Assembly: GCA_963750995.1 (NCBI GenBank)
Contig: CAVVST010000005.1
Coordinates: forward strand, 438,199-502,198
Source of the DNA: an uncultured Acidobacteriota bacterium
Lineage (GTDB): Bacteria > Acidobacteriota > Vicinamibacteria > Vicinamibacterales > UBA2999
DNA: 64,000 nucleotides
Direction: 5' to 3'
The notes under the pieces are model-generated. The model made no database searches, was not told the origin of the DNA, and saw only the letters and a program-made list of their open reading frames with translations. Below are positions 21,970-31,121 of this stretch, one piece after another; the first letter of the stretch is position 1, and each line of letters begins with the position of its first letter. The position numbers were made by a program, and so were the translations under genes.

Positions 21970-24921
21970 ATGCGCCGAATGATTTGTTGCGCGTTGTTCG
22001 CCCTTGCCGGCGTGATGCTCGTGCCTGGCATCTCCTACGCCCAGGCCACGATCGCCGGGATCGTTCAGGACCCGTCGGGCGCCGTGCTGCCCGGCGTGAC
22101 CGTCGAAGCCGCGAGCCCCGCGCTGATCGAGAAGGTCCGATCGGCGGTGACCGACGGCACCGGTCAATACCGAATCGTCGATCTGCGGCCTGGCGTGTAC
22201 ACCGTCACCTTCACGCTGCCCGGATTTGCCACCGTCAGGCGGGAGGGGCTGGAGCTGACCGGCCAGTTCATCGCCACGGTGAATGCCGAGCTGCGGGTTG
22301 GCGGCGTGGAGGAGACGATCACGGTGACCGGCGAGACGCCGGTGGTGGACGTGCAAAGCAGCACGCGCGGGCACGTGATCGATCACGCCGTGATGGATGC
22401 CGTGCCGGCGGCACGGAATCCGTTCGCGCTTGCGACGCTGATTCCGGGTGTGTCGGCCGCCAACCAGGACGTCGGCGGCGCCGGGACGATTAACGCCGCG
22501 AATTCGCTCGCGGTGCACGGCGGCACGGGGAACGACCAGATCATCCGGCAGAACGGCGTCAACACCAACGCGTATTCAAGTGCAGCCTATACGTCGCGGA
22601 TCTCGATCAACATGGCGGCGGTGCAGGAATTCGCCGTCGACACCGCGGCGGTGTCGGCGGAGGAGACGAGCGGCGGGGTGCGCATCAACATCATCCCGCG
22701 CGACGGCGGCAACACCTTCACCGGCACCTTCATCGCCAATTACGCCAGCGGCGCGATGCAGGGCGACAACTTCACGAAGGAGCTGGAAGACGCAGGACTG
22801 CGGACGCCCGGAGCCATTCGGAAGAACTACGACATCAACCCCGGCTTCGGCGGCCCGATCCGCCGCGATCGCCTCTGGTTCTATACCTCCGGCCGGCAGC
22901 AGTTCACCAGCAACTACGTGCCCGGGATGTTCGTCAACCTGAACGCGAATGACCCGAACCTCTGGACCTACGCGCCCGACACCAACCAGCCGGTGTCCAA
23001 CGACTCGGACTTCCGCGGCGGCGATGCCAGGCTGACGTGGCAGGCGACGCCGAAAAACCGGATCGGGTTCAGCATCAACTACCAGAACAACTGCGGCTGC
23101 CCGGGCAGCATCAACGCGAGCACCGCCCCGGAAGCAGACCTCCGGCAGCGTTTTCCGCTGCAGCGGCGCGAAGTGGTCGACTGGACCATGCCGCTGACCG
23201 ACCGGCTGATGTTCGAGGCCGGCGCCAATGAGCTCTACGGCTCGAGCATCCGCGACTTTGCTCCTGGTCTCGACCCGGCGATGATCTCGGTCACCGAGCA
23301 GTCCAACGGCCTCAAGTACCGCGCCAACGACGCCTACCGCTTCAACCCCAACGCGGCGCGGCGCATTCGCGGCGCGGTCTCGTACATTCCCGGCGCGCAT
23401 GCCGTGAAGGTCGGCTTCAACTACAACTGGGGATACGAATACCAGCTCAATGTCGACCGGACGCCCTACAGCTACCGGTTCAACAACGGCATTCCCAACC
23501 AGATCACCTTACGGGCCTGGCCGTTCTCGACCCAGACCAATGTCAGCCACGATTTCGGTCTATACGCGCAGGACCACTGGAAGCTGAATCGACTGACCAT
23601 CAGCTACGGCGTCCGGTTCGACGATTTTGCCGCGGGCTATCCGGAGGAGCACATGGGGCCGGCGCCGCTCGCACCGACGCGCAACATCACGTTCCAGGAG
23701 CAGAAGGGCGTGACGTCGTACCATGACATCACGCCGAAGTTCGGCGCGGCCTACGACCTGTTTGGCGACGGGAAGACGGCGCTCAAGGTGAGCGTCAACA
23801 AGTACCTGTCGAATCTCGGTACCAATCTTCCGGGCCAGGCCGATCCGACGAGCAACCTCGTCACCTCCACCAACCGGTCGTGGACCGATTCAAACCGCAA
23901 CTTCATTCCCGATTGCGATCTGCTGAATCCGGTCGCCCAGAACCTGACCGCCACCGGTGGTGACATCTGCGGCGCGATGGCCAATCCCGCCTTCGGCAGC
24001 GTCGTCGCGCCCGCGGCACAGTTCGATCCCGAGCTCCTGCACGGATGGGGGAAGCGTCCGAGCAACTGGGAATTCACGGCGGGCATTCAGCGCGAGCTGC
24101 TGCCGAGAGTGTCGTTCGACTTCAGCTACTTCCGCCGTATCAACGCCAACTTCACGGTCACCGACGATCGGAACCTGTCGCCCGCGGATTTCGACTCGTT
24201 CAGCATCACCGCGCCGTCCGATCCGCGACTGCCTGGCGGCGGCGCGAACACGGTCTCGAACCTGTTCAACGTGAAGCCGGCCAGGTTCGGAATCGCAACC
24301 GATAACTTCGTCACCCTCGACCGGAACTACGGCCGGCAGCTCCAGCACTGGAATGGCGTAGACCTGAGCCTGAACGCACGCCCGCGGAATGGATTGCTCA
24401 TTCAGGGTGGCGTCAGCACCGGGCGGACCAGCACCGACAACTGCGCGGTGCTGGCCGCGCTCCCCGAATCAAATCCGACCGGTCTTCCCTACTGCCACGT
24501 CGACACGCCGTTCCTGAGCCGCTGGGCCGGGCTGGCCTCGTACACGATTCCGCGGATCGCGGTCCAGGTCGCCGCGACACTGCAGAGCGTGCCGGGTCCG
24601 CAGGTCCTTGCCAACTACGTGGCGACCAACGCGGTCGTCGCACCGTCGCTCGGCCGAAGCCTGTCGGGCGGCGCGGCAAACGTCACCGTCAACATCGTGG
24701 AGCCCGGGACGCTGTATGGCGACAGGCTGAACCAGCTGGACGTGCGGATTGGCAAGGTGCTGGAGTTCGCCGGCACGCGCGCCAGCCTCAACCTCGACCT
24801 CTACAACGCGCTCAACGCGAACACCGTGCTCACGTTGAACAACAACTACGCGAGCTGGCTGACGCCCCAGACGATACTTTCGGCCCGCTTCGCGAGGATC
24901 GGCGTGCAGCTCGACTTCTGA
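21970..24921 (+). CDS. TonB-dependent receptor (intact)
   Basis: About 983 aa; signal peptide, carboxypeptidase-regulatory-like domain, plug, barrel, C-terminus GVQLDF. Confidence 0.93.
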   Translation: MRRMICCALFALAGVMLVPGISYAQATIAGIVQDPSGAVLPGVTVEAASPALIEKVRSAVTDGTGQYRIVDLRPGVYTVTFTLPGFATVRREGLELTGQFIATVNAELRVGGVEETITVTGETPVVDVQSSTRGHVIDHAVMDAVPAARNPFALATLIPGVSAANQDVGGAGTINAANSLAVHGGTGNDQIIRQNGVNTNAYSSAAYTSRISINMAAVQEFAVDTAAVSAEETSGGVRINIIPRDGGNTFTGTFIANYASGAMQGDNFTKELEDAGLRTPGAIRKNYDINPGFGGPIRRDRLWFYTSGRQQFTSNYVPGMFVNLNANDPNLWTYAPDTNQPVSNDSDFRGGDARLTWQATPKNRIGFSINYQNNCGCPGSINASTAPEADLRQRFPLQRREVVDWTMPLTDRLMFEAGANELYGSSIRDFAPGLDPAMISVTEQSNGLKYRANDAYRFNPNAARRIRGAVSYIPGAHAVKVGFNYNWGYEYQLNVDRTPYSYRFNNGIPNQITLRAWPFSTQTNVSHDFGLYAQDHWKLNRLTISYGVRFDDFAAGYPEEHMGPAPLAPTRNITFQEQKGVTSYHDITPKFGAAYDLFGDGKTALKVSVNKYLSNLGTNLPGQADPTSNLVTSTNRSWTDSNRNFIPDCDLLNPVAQNLTATGGDICGAMANPAFGSVVAPAAQFDPELLHGWGKRPSNWEFTAGIQRELLPRVSFDFSYFRRINANFTVTDDRNLSPADFDSFSITAPSDPRLPGGGANTVSNLFNVKPARFGIATDNFVTLDRNYGRQLQHWNGVDLSLNARPRNGLLIQGGVSTGRTSTDNCAVLAALPESNPTGLPYCHVDTPFLSRWAGLASYTIPRIAVQVAATLQSVPGPQVLANYVATNAVVAPSLGRSLSGGAANVTVNIVEPGTLYGDRLNQLDVRIGKVLEFAGTRASLNLDLYNALNANTVLTLNNNYASWLTPQTILSARFARIGVQLDF

Positions 24922-24977
24922 TAAGCGGTTGATAGTGGCCGTCAGCGCGCCCCTGACGGCCTTGGCGACAGCTGCGC

Positions 24978-25889
24978 CTACTCGCTCCCGATATAGGGGA
25001 GAAACCGACCGAGGAAGATCACGCTCACCCAGAGAGAGATGGAGACCGCGGCAACGATCTTACGCACGACAGTGGCGTGAGAGCCCGGCCTCCAGCCGCC
25101 GTTCTCCTCCACCATCGTCGGATAAAGCAGGGTCGTCGCTCCGAGCAGCATCACGCCTATCTTCCACGCGAACGCCGTGTTCTGCGTGTACTGGTCGGGA
25201 GAAGCGAGAAAGAACAGCATGCCGGTGATGATATTGATTCCGAGACCTGCCATTGCCCAGGGCAGCAGCCGATTGATCTCGGCGAGCGGCACGCCGTCGA
25301 CGAGTCCCAGTAGTCGCAGGTTCACCACGAGCACGACACCGAACAGCAAACACAGGCCGACGAAATGGAACACCTCGCATATCGGCCAGACCCATGGGTG
25401 ATCCAGCACGAGTTTCGCTCCCGCGATGGCGGGATCTGGCCAGGCAGGCGCATACGCGAGCGCGCCTTCCGCGAGGATTTCGGGGTGTCGAATCTGGCCG
25501 CCGATCGTCGCGGCGCGCCCGACCAGGACGAAGCTGACGAGCGACAGCACCATCGCGGCCGGGACGTGCCAGCGACGGGGCCGCCACAGCGCCAGCCACG
25601 CGACGAGCCCTGTGATCTCCATGGCGATGAGCGCCAGCAGCGCGGCGTTGCGATGAGCGGCCACGAGGTCTTCTGAAACGCTGCCCCTGTTTCGAAGAAT
25701 GAAATACGCGGCGTCGCCGCTCAGATACGCGGGAATGCCGATCAAGGCAAATCCAAAGAAGATGAGGAAGCTGGCGCGTCGCAGTTCTTCGTTCCGACGG
25801 ACCAGCGACAACCCGAACAGCGCCAGGCCGGCGGCGAAGCCGATCGTCGGCGCATGGTTGAGCAGCAGGTGAAGATGCGCAAGGTTCAC
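24978..25889 (-). CDS. Polytopic membrane protein: His-rich N-terminal 4-TM domain fused to a DUF6644-like domain
   Basis: GTG start NLAHLHLLLNHAPTIG; AAHRNAA, GGQIRHPE, WPICEVFHFVGL, NLRLLG, FAWKI, GRFLPY. Confidence 0.75.
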   Translation of the reverse strand: MNLAHLHLLLNHAPTIGFAAGLALFGLSLVRRNEELRRASFLIFFGFALIGIPAYLSGDAAYFILRNRGSVSEDLVAAHRNAALLALIAMEITGLVAWLALWRPRRWHVPAAMVLSLVSFVLVGRAATIGGQIRHPEILAEGALAYAPAWPDPAIAGAKLVLDHPWVWPICEVFHFVGLCLLFGVVLVVNLRLLGLVDGVPLAEINRLLPWAMAGLGINIITGMLFFLASPDQYTQNTAFAWKIGVMLLGATTLLYPTMVEENGGWRPGSHATVVRKIVAAVSISLWVSVIFLGRFLPYIGSE

Positions 25890-26352
25890 GAAACGAACTC
25901 GCTGACGTACGCCATCAGGCGCCCCGCGCTCAACGCGATGAACCAGCAGCCGAGCGACGCCGCCGCGAGCAGCCTGCCACGCTGCCCGCCGCCGAAGACG
26001 CGCCTCCGCACCATGACCAGCGTAACGACTGCCAGGAGCACGAAGGCGAGCTTCACATAGAAGGCGGGGTTCGACCCGTGCTTCGCCGCGTCGGAGATGA
26101 ACAGAAGCGTTCCCGTGAGCGCTGTCAGCGCGAGTCCTGCCCACATCAGGCCGAACGTCTTTTGCAGCGACTCGAGCGGAATGCCCGGCGCGACCCCGAG
26201 CAGGCACAGGTCGATCGCCGAGCTCAATCCGACTACGGTGCTCAGGCCGAGGGTGTGAAGGAAAAGGATGAGGGGATACCGTAGAGGACGCCCGATTCAC
26301 GGATCCAGGTGGCGAGACCGGATTGCTCCAGCTGTGCGAGAACCGGTCCCAT
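25886..26352 (-). CDS. DUF6644-like 4-TM membrane protein; frameshifted
   Basis: LEQSGLATWIRES...YPLILFLHTLGL, IDLCLLG, NPAFYVKL, AGRLMAY. Confidence 0.75.
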
Positions 26353-26361
26353 CCCGAGACG

Positions 26362-27484
26362 CTACGAGCTCACCCTCCAGGCCAGCTGGGCCTGATAGCA
26401 CTCGAAAAGAATCCGGTGGAAACGCTCGACCGCGTCCTTGTTGACGAAGGGATGCGGCTGGCCATCAAGCTTGACCACTTCGGCCATGACGGAAACGACA
26501 TCCGTTTGACTGTTACCCGACATGTCAGGATTCATCAGCCTCCACGCGCGAATCTTCTCGGCGATGTTCCCGTGCCCGACGGAAGTAGGCAGGATCACGT
26601 CGACGCCGGCTTTCGTCGCCGCATCCATGAAGCGCCGAATCGAGGCCACGTGGGCCTTCATCATTGACTGGGCGTCGGTATAGTACCGGACGCCCTGCCG
26701 CCCGATCGTGGGGTCGACGCCGCCCCAGACGGCGGCCACGTGCCGCCCCTCGTCGGACGCCACGCTCTTCCGGTTCGTCAGCGGCTCGATAATCATCGAC
26801 AGCGTGCCCGGCGTGTGGCCCGGCGTGATGTAAAGCGTGACAGTGACGTCGCCGAGCCGGATCTGCTGGCCGTCGGTGATGACCATGTCCTTCCGGGGCT
26901 TGAACTGCGCAGGCGAGTTGTCTTTCCCCACGACATCCCAATCGGCGGTCGACATCGCCACCCGCGCGTTCGGGTACGTGTCCTGCAGGGTCTTCGCGCC
27001 CCAGGTACCGATCGTCGTGGGCGTGGGTCACGATGATGTATTTGATGGTGGTGGGATCGAGACCGAAGTGTAGCAGCCCGAGCACGAGCTCCCTGCTCGA
27101 GTAGTGGAAGTTCGCGTCGATTACGATGATCCCTTCAGAAGTATTGATCGCCCAGACGGCAGCCGTTTTGGTGCCGATGAAGAAGAGATTGTCAAAAATG
27201 TCCGCCGGCCACGCGAACCATTCCTTGCGCGGCACGACCGCCGACCGATCCTGCACCGACATCTGGTCTGGCAGTTTTGGCTCTGCGCACACTTGATCGA
27301 ACAGACGCTGGAAAATGTGAAACGGCGCCAGTGGATTCTCCACTGACGGCTTGATGGCCGCGCGTGCCGCATCGACATGGTTCTTCGCCACGACAGCCTG
27401 CGCGTGCGCATCGGTGGCCATCCAGCCGGCGATCACTGCAACGCCGCACCAGGATGCCAGGTAACTCGCAGCGCCTGTGGTCAT
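26362..27484 (-). CDS. Secreted metallo-beta-lactamase-fold hydrolase (subclass B3-like scaffold); frameshifted
   Basis: IFDNLFFIG, TSEGIIVID, IKYIIVTHAHDDRY, TPGHTPG; signal ending AHA. Confidence 0.8.
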
Positions 27485-28296
27485 CGTTGCTCCCCGGTCG
27501 AGTACTTGCCCTGCGGATAGTTGAACTCCACTTCCCGTCTCGAGGCTTCAGGGTCGCAGTAGTTCCATCCGCCGCCCTGGCCACCCCTCACCGGCGCCCG
27601 GCTGAACAATCTCGAGTAGGTGAACGGCCTCGTCAGAAAGAGCGGGTCATCGATCGTCATGATCACCCGCAGGTTGTCGTCGTCGATGAACTGGTAGCGC
27701 TCGGTGAACTTCATCCGCGCCGAATTGGCCATGTGGAGGTGGTCGTCCATGCCGTCGGGATCGAACGTGAAGTGGGTCGTTTCGAACACGAGGTCATCCC
27801 CGTCGAACCGACCGACCGAATATCCCGTATGGTGAAACAGCTCTCCATTGCGGGGCGTCGGACCGCTTCCGTTCATCCAGACGGTGCGTTCGCCAAACTG
27901 GCTGACGTTGATGACGACGCGGCCGGGAGATGCAGAGAAGGAAATGTTGCCAGCGGAACCCAGTGCCGAAGGCAGGCTGAGCCCCACACACTCCGTTGTC
28001 GACGGCGACTGAAAGATATCCATGTACTTCAGCCAGGCCTCCCCTCGCGCGTTCAGCGGAAGTTGGCCCACTGGCATGGAACAGTTCACAAGTTTGACGC
28101 CGAACTCGTCGGTGCGCCCGCCGCAGTTGCCCCGGTCCTGACCGTCCGGCATGCTGATCCGGCTGTCCCAGTTGCCGAGGAACGGATAGATCTTGTCGTA
28201 CTCGTCGTCGGTCTGGGCGGCGACCGGCGCCGCACCGATCACGAGTACCAGCGCGACGAAAGCGCCGGCGCTTCGCCCGCACGTCAGGCGTGTCAT
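27481..28296 (-). CDS. Secreted two-Cys family protein, DDHLH subtype (DUF6152 partner)
   Basis: FLGNW, TECVGLSLP, GRFDGDDLVFET, FDPDGMDDHLHMANS, DDPLFLTRPF, NYCDP. Confidence 0.8.
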   Translation of the reverse strand: MTRLTCGRSAGAFVALVLVIGAAPVAAQTDDEYDKIYPFLGNWDSRISMPDGQDRGNCGGRTDEFGVKLVNCSMPVGQLPLNARGEAWLKYMDIFQSPSTTECVGLSLPSALGSAGNISFSASPGRVVINVSQFGERTVWMNGSGPTPRNGELFHHTGYSVGRFDGDDLVFETTHFTFDPDGMDDHLHMANSARMKFTERYQFIDDDNLRVIMTIDDPLFLTRPFTYSRLFSRAPVRGGQGGGWNYCDPEASRREVEFNYPQGKYSTGEQR

Positions 28297-28323
28297 TTCG
28301 TCCCCCCCTCTGGATTTCAGCGC

Positions 28324-28728
28324 CTACTCGATCGGAGGCCCGCCGGGACAGCCGCCCAGACACACGGTTTTGCCGTCCTGGAATATCACCACGCCGGCGG
28401 TCATTGCTTTTCCGTCCGGTCTGCGGCTCGGATTGCCTTCGACGGTGACCCGCTTGCCGACGAAGTCCTGCGGACGCCATCCCTCGCGCTTGGCATTCAC
28501 CGCGCCCGTTCTCGCCGTGATCCGCCACGTGACCGCCTTGCCGTCCGCGCCCGGAACATCGACGAGCATCTCGGAATGCGGGCTGACCAACTTGAACGAC
28601 GTCACGACGCCGTCGATCTTGATGGTGCGGGACATGTCGAAGAAGGTGTTGAACGAGTGGTGAGCCACGGCTGGAACAGCCAGGACCATGCATGCCACAG
28701 CGAGAGCCGCCGCACGACGAAACTTCAT
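28324..28728 (-). CDS. DUF6152-like secreted protein
   Basis: Signal ending AVA, then HHSFNTFFD; SPHS; C-terminal CLGGC. Confidence 0.8.
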   Translation of the reverse strand: MKFRRAAALAVACMVLAVPAVAHHSFNTFFDMSRTIKIDGVVTSFKLVSPHSEMLVDVPGADGKAVTWRITARTGAVNAKREGWRPQDFVGKRVTVEGNPSRRPDGKAMTAGVVIFQDGKTVCLGGCPGGPPIE

Positions 28729-28795
28729 GGTTTCCGCTCCTTCCACTTGAAAAGGGACACGATCGTCACGCGGTGGGCCGATCACACTTCGCGCA

Positions 28796-31108
28796 TCAAC
28801 GGGCTGAACGCTGCGCCGGACTCGATATTGTCCCGAAGGCCGGTGGTGGAATCCGATGGTGCGTCGCAGCCTCATAGGCGGAAGCCACCTTGATCGTGTC
28901 GGTGTCGCTGCCTGGTCCCGCCCAGAACATCAGGCTGATCGGCATGGGATGCGGCAGCTGCGACTTGACCTCCCCGGTGACCTCCGTGTACCCCTTCCTA
29001 TCGACGCTCAATCTGTACGTTGGGTCGTACACGACCCTGACGTACCCCGCCGGCACCTCGATCTCCGGCGCCCCGAGGAGAGCCGTGAACCCGCCGCAAC
29101 AACTGTGCGCAGGACGGTTGTTCACCTCTGGTTCCTCGGCGCCGCCCAACAGATACGGCGGAGTTGTCTGTTCAGGGTTGACAAACACGTCGATCCTGTT
29201 CTCGTACATCACTTTCAGGATCACCATCCGGAGCACCGCCGCCATCTTCAGGTGGCTCACTCTGTCGGGGTCGGGTCGCGGATCCTGATCGGCGACGGCG
29301 TTCTGGGCTCGTGCCCGTTCCTGCGCAGTCTCGAACTTTGCGTTGGCGACCCAACTCCCCCAATCCCTGACTCGCGCGTCGCCTCGTTCGCGCAGATACT
29401 TGTTGATGACGAACGGACTCGACGGGTTCGCCAGGTTGGTCATGATGCTGCGAAGGTTGATCTTCTGCGACAACGGCGCCTCGTGCAGAGCCAACGCCAC
29501 GGCATAATCGACGGTCCGCACGTCCCATCCGGGAACCGCAAACTCCAGCTCGCCGGAGCTCGCCGTCCGCCAGAAGTACTCCGGCACGTTGTGCGGCAGA
29601 ATCTCGGCAAACGCATCCTGGAACGTGTAGGTCATGTTCGGTACCCCGGGATCGTCGGGGTAGAGCGGGTCGACCGACTCGACCAGTTCGGCGCCCAGTT
29701 TGTCTCGTAGCACCGTCTTGATTTCGCGATCGAGCTGATCGCTGATCGCCTCGTCGTTCTTCGAATGCTTCACCATGAACTCGCGGACGATGCCGACGCG
29801 CATCCCCCTGAGCGGCTGGGCGGTGACCGCCGACTCTGGCACGACTGCGCTGGCGTACGGAGCCGCCGGGATGATCCCCTTCGGGAGCGCGGTGAACATG
29901 TCGCCCGACTCGTACCCTTTGATGGCATCGAGCACCAGCGCCGCGTCGCTGACGGACTTGCAGTGAATCCCCGCGCGATCGCCCCAGTTCTTACTGTTTA
30001 TTCCGCCATCCATGAGGATGCCCTTGGTTGTCAGGATGCTGACCAGATTGTTTCTGGAGGCGGGACCCTTGCAGGAGCCGGAGGTCTGTTCGCAGATTGA
30101 GCAGGTCACCAGGTTAGCGGCCACGGAAACGCCGGACCCATTACTGGTCCCGCGCGGCACGCGCGCGGTGTCATAGGGGTTGCACGCATGGCCGCCCCAT
30201 TGACCGAACTGAAGGCTGCCCATGTTGGCGAACACGGATTCTGCTCTGGAGGGCCCGGCAGCGCCTGGTCCTCCAACGTTGTCGGCCGTGGCGACCGCGT
30301 AGATGATCGCGCCCTTCTGCCGCAGCTCCGCGATATCGGGAGAGTCGGCCTTGGGAACGTCCATTTCGAAGTTCACGTCGTTGCCCCCCGTCGCCCTCAT
30401 GTCCTTCGCGTCGTACCAGTTCTTGAGGGAGAATACGACGCAGTACATGGGGAGCGCGGCCACATCGGGATTCCGGTCATACTGCCGATCCAACTCAGCG
30501 GCCCGCTCCAACGCGTCGGGTTGCTTCCGGAACTCTTCGCAGGCGACCGGAGCTCCCTGCGGCAGCGGTCCAGCTGACGGCGCACGGTCGAACTCGCCTT
30601 TGCAGGTCACCGACCGCTCGCCGCGAATGTTCAACGTCTCGAGCGCATTGAGCTGCCCCGCGTCGGGGATGCCGACGCGCATGCCGGTCTGTAACTGCAC
30701 GCTCGGATCTGAGATTGACGGTTCCATCCGGCCGAACTCAAACGGTGGGCCCGCGTACCGCTCGAAGTCGGGAAATAGGCTCGAGACGGGCACCGTCGCT
30801 GTTGGATATTGGACTGCCGTGCCCGCCCGAACGGTACCGCTTGCTGGGGGAATAGGCGCACCGTCACGGGTCACCAGGGCCGTGCAGGCGCCGTTGTAGG
30901 CCTTCGCCCGGTCGAGGTACGCCTGCACAATCTGTTGGCACGTCGTCTGTCCGGACCGGATGGCATTGTGAATGTCTGTGATCGAGGCTTCTTCGATTCG
31001 GATCGGACCCTGCTGCGCCCACGCCGAACGAGATGCGAACATCCCCGTCACCACCCATACCATCAAGCAGCCCAGGACTCGGACTTGTCGTCGGTTCGCC
31101 GTGCTCAT
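28796..31108 (-). CDS. Secreted amidase-signature family enzyme
   Basis: FSLKNWYD (Lys), CNPYD...PRGTSNGSGVSVAAN, EQTSGSCKGPAS; signal ending AWA. Confidence 0.8.
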   Translation of the reverse strand: MSTANRRQVRVLGCLMVWVVTGMFASRSAWAQQGPIRIEEASITDIHNAIRSGQTTCQQIVQAYLDRAKAYNGACTALVTRDGAPIPPASGTVRAGTAVQYPTATVPVSSLFPDFERYAGPPFEFGRMEPSISDPSVQLQTGMRVGIPDAGQLNALETLNIRGERSVTCKGEFDRAPSAGPLPQGAPVACEEFRKQPDALERAAELDRQYDRNPDVAALPMYCVVFSLKNWYDAKDMRATGGNDVNFEMDVPKADSPDIAELRQKGAIIYAVATADNVGGPGAAGPSRAESVFANMGSLQFGQWGGHACNPYDTARVPRGTSNGSGVSVAANLVTCSICEQTSGSCKGPASRNNLVSILTTKGILMDGGINSKNWGDRAGIHCKSVSDAALVLDAIKGYESGDMFTALPKGIIPAAPYASAVVPESAVTAQPLRGMRVGIVREFMVKHSKNDEAISDQLDREIKTVLRDKLGAELVESVDPLYPDDPGVPNMTYTFQDAFAEILPHNVPEYFWRTASSGELEFAVPGWDVRTVDYAVALALHEAPLSQKINLRSIMTNLANPSSPFVINKYLRERGDARVRDWGSWVANAKFETAQERARAQNAVADQDPRPDPDRVSHLKMAAVLRMVILKVMYENRIDVFVNPEQTTPPYLLGGAEEPEVNNRPAHSCCGGFTALLGAPEIEVPAGYVRVVYDPTYRLSVDRKGYTEVTGEVKSQLPHPMPISLMFWAGPGSDTDTIKVASAYEAATHHRIPPPAFGTISSPAQRSAR

Positions 31109-31121
31109 CGTCAACCCCTCA

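Noticed and set aside
26362-27484. Antibiotic-resistance beta-lactamase call
   Set aside because: The metal motif is altered and the context is catabolic; fold alone does not show resistance.
27364-28893. Long alternative ORFs (for example 27364-28893, 40575-41897, 30972-32270, 134-1105)
   Set aside because: Shadow frames of real genes in GC-rich DNA; Arg/Pro-rich with no recognisable motifs.
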